From an uncultured Chloroflexia bacterium (GTDB lineage: Bacteria > Chloroflexota > Limnocylindria > Limnocylindrales > CSP1-4): a DNA stretch of 64,000 nucleotides. A program made the position numbers and the translations under genes. This document shows, piece by piece, positions 56,413 to 64,000 of the stretch. Numbering within the stretch: position 1 is the stretch's first letter; every line of letters begins with the position of its first letter. Location: NCBI GenBank assembly GCA_963819655.1, contig CAWFXA010000003.1, forward strand, positions 96,001 to 160,000, given 5' to 3'. Under the pieces are notes generated by a model. The model was not told the origin of the DNA, made no database searches, and saw nothing but the letters and a program-made list of their open reading frames with translations.

Positions 56413-57642
56413 ATGCACGTCCCCAACGGTCAGACATTCATCGTGAGCGCCGCGCGAACGCCGATCGGCAAGTTCGCCGGGGCACTGTCAGCGGTGCCTG
56501 CGACGACGCTTGGCGGCGTCGCGATCCGGGCAGCCGTCGAGCGGGCCGGCCTCGATCCTGCGACCGTCCAGGTCGACGACGTGCTGATGGGCCAGGTCCT
56601 GCAGGCCGGTTCGGGACAAGCGCCCGCGCGCCAGGCCGCACTCAAGGCCGGCCTGCCCGACACCACCAGCGCCACGACGATCAACCGGGTCTGCGGTTCG
56701 GGACTGAAGTCGATCATGCTTGCCGCCGCGGAGATCCGAGCCGGAGACGCGGAGATCGTGGTCGCGGGCGGCATGGAGTCGATGAACGGGGCGCCCTACC
56801 TCCTGCCCGGCGCGCGTTTCGGGCTCCGGCTCGGCAACGCCGAATTGATCGATTCGACCGTCGCCGACGGCCTCTGGTGTTCGATCGAGGACTGCCACAT
56901 GGGCACTCACGCCGAACGGGTCGCCATCAAGGACCACGTGAGCCGCGAGGACCAGGACGCTTTCGCGCTCGCCAGCCACCAGAAGGCGATCGCGGCGATC
57001 GATGCGGGCCGCTTCGAGGCCGAGCTGGCGCCGGTCGTTATCACGGACGCCAAGGGTCGCGAGACCGTCGTCACCGAGGACGAGAACCCGCGCCGCGACA
57101 CGAGCGCCGAGGCCCTCGCGAGGCTCAAGCCGGCGTTCGCGCTGCCCGAGGGCGAGGACCGCGGCGATGCCACGACCGGCACCGTCACTGCCGGGAACGC
57201 GCCCGGGATCACCGATGGCGCGGCCGCGACCGTTGTTGCCAGCGAGCGAGCGGTCGAGCGCCTCGGGTTGAACCCGCTGGCTCGGATCGTCGGCTACGCC
57301 CAGGCCGAGGTGGCGCCGAAATGGCTTTTCCTCGCCCCGGTCGAGGGCGTGAAGCGGCTCCTCGACCGCATCGAGCTGCCGATCGAGGCCTTTGACCTCA
57401 TCGAGATCAACGAGGCGTTCGCTGCGCAGACGCTGGCGGACGGCCGTGAGCTCGGCTTCGACTGGGACAAGGTCAACGTCAACGGTGGTGCGATCGCGCT
57501 CGGCCATCCGATCGGGGCAAGCGGCGCCCGGATCGTGGCCACGCTGCTCCACGAGCTCCAGCGACGAGAGGGCCGGTACGGCCTCGCGACCCTGTGCCTC
57601 GGCGGCGGAGGGTCCGTCGCGATGGCGGTGGAGCGGGTCTGA
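56413..57642 (+). CDS. Acetyl-CoA C-acyltransferase (thiolase)
   Basis: INRVCGSG, NEAFA, GHPIGASG, CLGGG; TAGAAT -10 6 nt before ATG. Confidence 0.95.
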   Translation: MHVPNGQTFIVSAARTPIGKFAGALSAVPATTLGGVAIRAAVERAGLDPATVQVDDVLMGQVLQAGSGQAPARQAALKAGLPDTTSATTINRVCGSGLKSIMLAAAEIRAGDAEIVVAGGMESMNGAPYLLPGARFGLRLGNAELIDSTVADGLWCSIEDCHMGTHAERVAIKDHVSREDQDAFALASHQKAIAAIDAGRFEAELAPVVITDAKGRETVVTEDENPRRDTSAEALARLKPAFALPEGEDRGDATTGTVTAGNAPGITDGAAATVVASERAVERLGLNPLARIVGYAQAEVAPKWLFLAPVEGVKRLLDRIELPIEAFDLIEINEAFAAQTLADGRELGFDWDKVNVNGGAIALGHPIGASGARIVATLLHELQRREGRYGLATLCLGGGGSVAMAVERV

Positions 57643-57646
57643 CCCT

Positions 57647-59929
57647 GTGACCGCCGGGGGACAGCCGTGGACCGTGCGCGTCGCCACATGGAGCGCGCGG
57701 CATAGGTGGCCGGTCGTCCTGCTCTGGTTCGTCTTGACGATCGGGCTCTTCGTCGCCAGCCTGGCGATGGGCGGGACCCTCACCGCGGACGCCGTCGACG
57801 CCGATAACGAGGAGCAGTCGACCTACGAGGCGGCGCGCGCCTTCGACCTGTTCGGCGCGTCGGGGACGGAGGACACGACCCATCTGACCCTGTTCGTCGT
57901 AGGCGATCCGGAACGAACGCTGGACGATGCAGCATTCGCTGCGGATATCGACGACGTCCTGGCGCGGTTGGCCGCCCACACGACCGACATCGATGGCTCG
58001 CCCGCTCCGACCTTCGAGGAGATCGTCGATCCGCGGCTCGCACCGCCCGAGGCTGGCCTCGTCTCGCCGGACCGATCGACCGTCCGGATCGCGGCCGCCG
58101 TGCCCGGCGATGGAGCGGCGCTCGACGCGCGACTCCAGTCGATGCGTGGATTCCTCGACGAGACGCGGGTCGCGCATCCGGGCCTGCGGATCCATTCGCT
58201 CGACGGGACGTTGGCCAACGACGATATCCAGGAGCTCGTCACCGGCGGCCTCGACGCGTCGCTGCGCCTCACGATCCCGCTGACATTCCTCATCCTGCTG
58301 GTCGCGTTCGGCGCGGTCATCGCCGCGATCGTGCCGCTCGTCCTGGCCGTGACCGCGCTGCTGGCCGCGTTCGGCGTCCTGGGCATCTACAGCCAGACCA
58401 TCGATCCGGTCAGTCCGTATGCGAGCCAGCTCATCGTGCTGATCGGCCTGGCGGTCGCCGTCGACTATTCGCTGTTCATGATCACGCGCTTTCGAACCGA
58501 GCGACGACACGGACGCGCCAAACCCGACGCCATCCGGGTCGCCTCGGCCACCGCCGGGCGTGCCGTGTTCTTCTCGGGCCTGGCGGTCATGTTCTCGATC
58601 GCGGGACTGTTCCTGCTCGACGACATCCTCTTCCAGTCGATGGCGATCGGGACGATCGCGGTGGTGCTGATCGCGGTCATCGGCTCGCTCACGTTCCTGC
58701 CGGCCACCCTGGCCATCCTCGGCGACGGGCTGGACCGGCTGCGCATCCCGATCCTGGGACGCGATCGACCAGAGGGCAGCGGCATGTGGGCGACCGTCGT
58801 GCGGGCAGTCATGCGCCGGCCCGTGATCTCCTTCGTGCTTGCCGCCGGGCTGCTCCTGGTGATGGCCGTCCCCGCCCTCCGACTGCACCTGGGCCAGAGC
58901 GACTTCGCCTCGTTCCCGGATTCCATCGATGCTGTCCAGGGCGTGAACCTTCTCGACGAGAAGTGGCCGGAGGGCTCGACGCTGGCCCTCCAGGTCGTCG
59001 TCACGCGGGCGGACGAGCCGGTGACGCAGGCCGCGATCGAAACCCTGCAGGAGCGGCTCCTCGCCATCGACGGACTATCCGGCCCGACCGAGACCCGACC
59101 CTCGGTGGATGGGACTGTGTCGCTCGTATCGGTCGTGATGGCTGGCGGCCAGAACGACCTGCGCAACGCGGAGATCGTTCGCGAGGTACGGGGCACCGTC
59201 GTGCCCGAGGTCTTCGGCGATCTCGACGGTGTCGAAGCGCTCGTCACCGGACGCGCCGCGTTCACCGTGGACGTCGTCGACTTCTACAACGACGGCATGC
59301 CCCAGGTCATCGGCTTCGTGCTGGCGCTGTCGTTCCTGCTGCTCCTCGTGGCATTCCGCTCGATCGTCATCCCGATCAAGGCCATCTTGCTCAACCTGCT
59401 ATCGACCGGCGCCGCATTCGGGCTCCTCGTCCTCGTCTTCCAGGACGGCCATGGCTCGGACCTGCTCGGCTTCAAGCCCGGCCCGATCGAGGCGTTCGTG
59501 CCGGTCTTCATCTTCACGATCCTGTTCGGCCTCTCGATGGACTACCACGTCTTCATCCTGACCCGTATCAAGGAGGCCCGTGATCACGGGCTGTCGTCGA
59601 ACGAGGCGGTCGCGCGTGGCATCGCGATCACGTCCGGGACGATCACAAGCGCCGCGGCGATCATGGTCACCGTCTTCGCCGTCTTCGTGACGCTGGAGCT
59701 GGTGATCATCAAGCAGCTCGGATTCGGGCTGGCGGTCGCGGTCCTGATCGACGCGACCATCGTCCGCAGCGTGTTGCTGCCGGCGACCATGCGCCTGCTC
59801 GGCGAGTGGAACTGGTGGCTGCCGCCGTTCCTGCGCTGGCTGCCGGAGGTCACGATCGAGGGCGACGTGGACGAGCCCGCAGCCGAGCCCGCGGCCGAGC
59901 CGGCCACGGCCGTACACTCGGCGACATGA
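57647..59929 (+). CDS. MMPL family transporter
   Basis: AVDYSLF..RFR.E, FGLSMDYHVF, DATIVRSVLLPA. Confidence 0.92.
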   Translation: MTAGGQPWTVRVATWSARHRWPVVLLWFVLTIGLFVASLAMGGTLTADAVDADNEEQSTYEAARAFDLFGASGTEDTTHLTLFVVGDPERTLDDAAFAADIDDVLARLAAHTTDIDGSPAPTFEEIVDPRLAPPEAGLVSPDRSTVRIAAAVPGDGAALDARLQSMRGFLDETRVAHPGLRIHSLDGTLANDDIQELVTGGLDASLRLTIPLTFLILLVAFGAVIAAIVPLVLAVTALLAAFGVLGIYSQTIDPVSPYASQLIVLIGLAVAVDYSLFMITRFRTERRHGRAKPDAIRVASATAGRAVFFSGLAVMFSIAGLFLLDDILFQSMAIGTIAVVLIAVIGSLTFLPATLAILGDGLDRLRIPILGRDRPEGSGMWATVVRAVMRRPVISFVLAAGLLLVMAVPALRLHLGQSDFASFPDSIDAVQGVNLLDEKWPEGSTLALQVVVTRADEPVTQAAIETLQERLLAIDGLSGPTETRPSVDGTVSLVSVVMAGGQNDLRNAEIVREVRGTVVPEVFGDLDGVEALVTGRAAFTVDVVDFYNDGMPQVIGFVLALSFLLLLVAFRSIVIPIKAILLNLLSTGAAFGLLVLVFQDGHGSDLLGFKPGPIEAFVPVFIFTILFGLSMDYHVFILTRIKEARDHGLSSNEAVARGIAITSGTITSAAAIMVTVFAVFVTLELVIIKQLGFGLAVAVLIDATIVRSVLLPATMRLLGEWNWWLPPFLRWLPEVTIEGDVDEPAAEPAAEPATAVHSAT

Positions 59930-61464
59930 CCGAGAGCACCGTCCTGGCCTCCGCCGACGCCGGCTCGACGGGTACGCCGACGTCCCGGCATTTCATCGCC
60001 GGCGAGTGGATGGACTCGGTCGGCGGCGGGACGTTCGAGAGCCGCAATCCGGCGGATCGGCGCGACATCATCGGGCGTTTTCAACAGGGCACCGCGGCCG
60101 ATGTCGCGATGGCCACCAAGGCGGCCGAGACCGCGTTTCCGATGTGGCGCCGCACGCCCGCGCCGAAGCGTGGCGAGATCCTGTACGCGTTCGGGGCGCT
60201 CATGGCCACGCACAAGGAGCGGCTCGCCCGCGCCATGGCGCGCGAGATGGGCAAGGTCATCGCCGAGGCCCGCGGTGACGTCCAGGAAGGCATCGACATC
60301 GCATTCCTGATGGCCGGCGAGGGCCGTCGGATGCAAGGCGACACGGTGCCATCGGAGCTGCCCGACAAGTGGGCGATGTCGATCCGTCAGCCGATCGGTG
60401 TCGCCGGGATCATCACGCCCTGGAACTTCCCGATGGCGATCCCGTGCTGGAAGATCATGCCGGCGCTCGTGACCGGGAATACCGTCGTGTTCAAGCCGGC
60501 AAGCGACACGCCCCACTGCGCCACGCTGCTCGTCGAGCTGATGGCTGAGGCCGGGGTTCCGCCGGGCGTCATCAACCTGGTGACCGGCACCGGCGCAGAG
60601 GTCGGGGACGCGATCGTCAGTTCGCCCGATGTCGGCGTGATCTCCTTCACGGGGTCGTCGGCGACGGGCAAGTCGATCGCCGCGACCGCGGCGCAGCGGC
60701 TCAAGCGGCTGTCCCTGGAGATGGGCGGCAAGAACGGCGTGGTCGTCCTGGCCGATGCCGATCTCGATCTCGCCACCGACGGCATCTTGTGGAGCGCGTT
60801 CGGGACGACCGGCCAACGCTGCACGGCGGCGTCACGGGTCATCGTCGAGCGTTCGGTCGTCGAGTCATTGCTGCAGCGCCTCGAGAGCCGTGCGCGAGCC
60901 CTTCGCCTCGGCGATGGCCTCGACGTCGAGACCGATGTCGGGCCGCTGATCAACGCCGCCGCTGTCGATAAGGTCGCCGGCTATGTCGATATCGGTCGTG
61001 GCGAGGGAGAGCTCGTCACCGGCGGCGCACGTGCATCCGACGGCGACCTCGAGCACGGCAACTTCTTCGAACCGACGATCTTCGCAGGCGTCGGGCCGAT
61101 GGACCGCATCGGCCAGGAGGAGATCTTCGGACCGGTCCTCTCGATCATCCCGGTCGACGACTACGGTGCCGCGATGCTCGCCCTGAACCAAACCCGGTAC
61201 GGCCTCTCGTCGAGCATCTTCACGCGCGACGTGAACACGGCATTCCGGGCGATGCGCGACTTCGAGACCGGCATCGTGTACGTCAATGCCGGCACGACAG
61301 GGGCCGAGGTGCATCTGCCGTTCGGCGGCTGGAAGGAGACCGGCAACGGCCATCGCGAGGCCGGCAGCATCGCGCTGGATACGTACACCGAGTGGAAGTC
61401 GATCTACGTCGACTTCAGCGGTCGACTGCAGCGCGCCCAGATCGACAACCAGACCTCCGGCTGA
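59926..61464 (+). CDS. Aldehyde dehydrogenase
   Basis: ITPWNFP, FTGS, LEMGGKN, GQRCTA, EEIFGP. Confidence 0.94.
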   Translation: MTESTVLASADAGSTGTPTSRHFIAGEWMDSVGGGTFESRNPADRRDIIGRFQQGTAADVAMATKAAETAFPMWRRTPAPKRGEILYAFGALMATHKERLARAMAREMGKVIAEARGDVQEGIDIAFLMAGEGRRMQGDTVPSELPDKWAMSIRQPIGVAGIITPWNFPMAIPCWKIMPALVTGNTVVFKPASDTPHCATLLVELMAEAGVPPGVINLVTGTGAEVGDAIVSSPDVGVISFTGSSATGKSIAATAAQRLKRLSLEMGGKNGVVVLADADLDLATDGILWSAFGTTGQRCTAASRVIVERSVVESLLQRLESRARALRLGDGLDVETDVGPLINAAAVDKVAGYVDIGRGEGELVTGGARASDGDLEHGNFFEPTIFAGVGPMDRIGQEEIFGPVLSIIPVDDYGAAMLALNQTRYGLSSSIFTRDVNTAFRAMRDFETGIVYVNAGTTGAEVHLPFGGWKETGNGHREAGSIALDTYTEWKSIYVDFSGRLQRAQIDNQTSG

Positions 61465-61471
61465 CATCGCG

Positions 61472-61957
61472 GTGGGTCGATCTCGGCGGAGCGCCGGCGT
61501 GTTGCTCTATCGGCGTTCTCGGAGCTCCGCCGTCGACGGCGTCGAGGTTCTCCTCGCGCACCCGGGCGGTCCGATCTGGGCCACGCGCGACGAGGGCGTG
61601 TGGACGATCCCGAAGGGCGAGATCGAGGACGGCGAGGATCCGTGGGACGTCGCGCGCCGGGAGTTCGAGGAGGAGACCGGCCATCCGGTCCCTGACGGCT
61701 CCCGGATCGACCTCGGCGAGATCACCCAGAAGGGCGGCAAGGTCGTCGTCGCGTGGGCGCTCGAAGGCGACCTCGATCCGGCGGCCGCGCACAGCAACAC
61801 GTTCCCGTTCCAGTGGCCGCCGAAGTCCGGCCGCTACATCACGATCCCCGAGATCGACCGCGTCGAGTGGTTCGCGCCGGACCGCGGGCGCTCGAAGGTC
61901 AAGGACACACAGATCCCGTTCATCGACCGGCTGCTCGAGGCCCTCGGAGCTGGGTAG
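61472..61957 (+). CDS. NUDIX hydrolase
   Basis: HPGGP, PKGEIEDGEDPWDVARREFEEETG. Confidence 0.9.
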   Translation: MGRSRRSAGVLLYRRSRSSAVDGVEVLLAHPGGPIWATRDEGVWTIPKGEIEDGEDPWDVARREFEEETGHPVPDGSRIDLGEITQKGGKVVVAWALEGDLDPAAAHSNTFPFQWPPKSGRYITIPEIDRVEWFAPDRGRSKVKDTQIPFIDRLLEALGAG

Positions 61958-61960
61958 CGA

Positions 61961-62332
61961 TCAGCCGTCCTTGATTCCCAGACCGCGGGACACGATCCGA
62001 TCGACTTTGGCGGCCATGATCAGGTCATTGGCGGTGATCGCACCGATCGCGTCGGTCTGCCAGGTGACCACGAGACGGCCCCACGCGACCTCGATCGTGG
62101 GGTGATGCCCCTGCGTCTCGGCGAGTAGCGCGATCCGCGTCCCAAGTGCGAATGCGCCGCCGAAGCCGCTGAACTGGAAGGTCCGGACGATGCGGTCGCC
62201 ACGCACCTCCCAGGCGGGGTCGAGTCCGGCCGCGAGTCGCGCGAGTTCCTCGGACGACAGCGCCGGCGTCGAGGCGTCGACATCTGACGTCGACTGGCTG
62301 GCCAGGGTGGCGGGATCGAGCTCTGCTGGCAT
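61961..62332 (-). CDS. phhB: Pterin-4-alpha-carbinolamine dehydratase
   Basis: AETQGHHPTI, NDLIMAAKVD. Confidence 0.85.
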   Translation of the reverse strand: MPAELDPATLASQSTSDVDASTPALSSEELARLAAGLDPAWEVRGDRIVRTFQFSGFGGAFALGTRIALLAETQGHHPTIEVAWGRLVVTWQTDAIGAITANDLIMAAKVDRIVSRGLGIKDG

Positions 62333-62367
62333 GGGCCGAAGTCTAGGCACTATCCTCAGGGCAGGGC

Positions 62368-64000
62368 ATGGCACGCATACGGTCTGCGGAAACGGCGCAG
62401 CTCCGGCGGGCGATCCGGGCAGGCGCCTTCCTGCTCGCGGTCGCCATGCCGTCGTCGGCGCTGGCCGGGGAGGGTCGCACGCCCGCCCTCGTTCCCGCGC
62501 CGGATCGACCGGTTACGACGCCGCAGCTGACGGTGTCGTCCGAGGACCGGCTCGGCGATGCGCTGCTGCTCGACGAGATCGGTGCGGGACTGCCTTCGGA
62601 CGGGGTGGCAGCTCCGCCGAGCCGCGATGTCGACGCGGTGCTCCGCGCCCAGGCTGACGCCTCGAGCCAGGCGTTCGCGCCCGCGGCGGTCCCGGCTTTC
62701 GCGACGCTCGGCTACATCCAGCGGCCCGTGCCGCTCGCGTCGCACCCGTACACCCTTGCCGCCCCGATCCCGCTCGTCGATCCGGGCACGCACGACGGCG
62801 CCGGCGTGCGGATGGTCAGGATCGGTTCGACGCTCTTCGATCACCCCGTCGCGCAAGCGTCCTACGGCCTGGCCAATCTGTCGAGCTACGACCTGACCGG
62901 CGACGACAGGTATCTCGACCGCGCCATCGCCCAGGCGACGCGCCTGGTCGACACGAAGGTCGTCTCGCGCGATGCCTGGTACTTCCCCTATCCGTTCGAC
63001 TTCGCGCTTCATGGACGTACCGCTGAGACCCTCCGGGCGCCGTGGTACAGCGCCATGGCCCAGGGGATGGGCGTCAGCCTGTTCGTCGGCCTGTTCCAGC
63101 GCACGGACGACGATGCGTGGTCGACGGCGGCCGCAGGTGCGGTCGCCAGCTTCCGGAACCCGCCGGAAGCCGGGATGCCGTGGGTCATCCACGTCGATGG
63201 CGACGGCTACCTCTGGCTGGAGGAGTACCCCGTCGAGCCGCAGTCGCGGTCCGACTTCACGTTCAACGGCCACGTCTACGCGACGTTCGGGCTGTACGAC
63301 TACGCGACACTCACCGGGGACCCGCTGAGCATCCTCCTGTTCGATGGGGCTGCGACCACCACGCGCCGGTACGGCATAGCGCTGGCACCCGTGGGTTTCC
63401 GGTCCCGCAGCTGGCTCAGCATGTACTGCCTGCGTCACGGGGTCCTCGACGCCAAGTACCACGGCATCGTCACGCAGCAGCTCATCGGCGTTCACTCGCT
63501 CACGGCCGATCCGTTGTTCGCGCGCGTGTCCGATACGTATCGGGCCGATTACCCGGCGAGCCAGACGTCGCGCGTGCGCTTCGCGGCGGGGACCTGGACG
63601 GGCTACGTCTTCGACAGCCAGGGCCGGATCGTGAAGAGGCGGACGGTCGGCTTCAGCCGGACATCGACGGCGCCGTCCGATCGATACGTGCGGATCAAGG
63701 GCCGCGGGCTGTACTACCGGATCACGGCGGGCTCGCTCAAGGGCTACATGGTGGCCGAGCGGGCCGGCCTGGTCCATGCCACCGGCCGATACGGTTCCGC
63801 CCGCTACTACCCGGAACGCCGCGCCGGGTTCCGCGCAGGAACGACGATCGCCTACCGGTTCGACTCGGCAGGCCAGCGGTCCATCTCGCGGCGCATCTCA
63901 CTCGGCGGCCCGAGCAGCGCGCCGTTCGACCAGTCCGCGATGTTCGGCGGCCGCCGATACGCGCACATCACGGCCGGCCGGCTGGCGGGGTACTGGGTGC
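62368..64000 (+). CDS. Secreted D-glucuronyl C5-epimerase family protein (partial, runs off window end)
   Basis: Signal-like N-terminus; WYFPYPFDF, PWYSAMAQG, WLEEYP, FNGHVYATFGLYDY, YHGIV. Confidence 0.8.
   Translation, partial: MARIRSAETAQLRRAIRAGAFLLAVAMPSSALAGEGRTPALVPAPDRPVTTPQLTVSSEDRLGDALLLDEIGAGLPSDGVAAPPSRDVDAVLRAQADASSQAFAPAAVPAFATLGYIQRPVPLASHPYTLAAPIPLVDPGTHDGAGVRMVRIGSTLFDHPVAQASYGLANLSSYDLTGDDRYLDRAIAQATRLVDTKVVSRDAWYFPYPFDFALHGRTAETLRAPWYSAMAQGMGVSLFVGLFQRTDDDAWSTAAAGAVASFRNPPEAGMPWVIHVDGDGYLWLEEYPVEPQSRSDFTFNGHVYATFGLYDYATLTGDPLSILLFDGAATTTRRYGIALAPVGFRSRSWLSMYCLRHGVLDAKYHGIVTQQLIGVHSLTADPLFARVSDTYRADYPASQTSRVRFAAGTWTGYVFDSQGRIVKRRTVGFSRTSTAPSDRYVRIKGRGLYYRITAGSLKGYMVAERAGLVHATGRYGSARYYPERRAGFRAGTTIAYRFDSAGQRSISRRISLGGPSSAPFDQSAMFGGRRYAHITAGRLAGYWV

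Overview
High-GC bacterial chromosomal segment. Gene content and small conserved hypotheticals resemble Chloroflexota (Limnocylindria-like) or Actinomycetota; this is inference. It has about 65 CDSs, mostly metabolic and housekeeping: a DUF1611/enolase-superfamily epimerase pair, an orphan amino-type DNA methyltransferase, tRNA-Arg(TCT), a KimA-like K+ transporter with a KdpD/KdpE-like two-component system, a large S8 protease, acyl-CoA/B12 mutase genes (isobutyryl-CoA-mutase-type signature), an ECF sigma with an Ogt-Ada(Zn) partner, two ABC-2 exporters, folE, MMPL, ALDH and a partial C5-epimerase-family gene. No CRISPR-cas, integrase or transposase was seen. The most notable unexplained signals are: (1) three candidate promoter-to-terminator structured ncRNAs (5184-5374 +, 5328-5451 -, 34521-34757 -); (2) an XRE-HTH + PD-(D/E)XK nuclease gene sitting antisense inside an acyl-CoA gene run, plus several degenerate palindrome arrays between convergent genes; (3) an ECF sigma coupled to an alkyltransferase carrying a C-terminal Ada zinc sensor; (4) a DnaA-box-like cluster with no dnaA in the window; (5) pervasive leaderless promoters; (6) three single-site frameshifts in the first 15 kb. 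All functional calls come from motif recognition by eye; no database searches were run.
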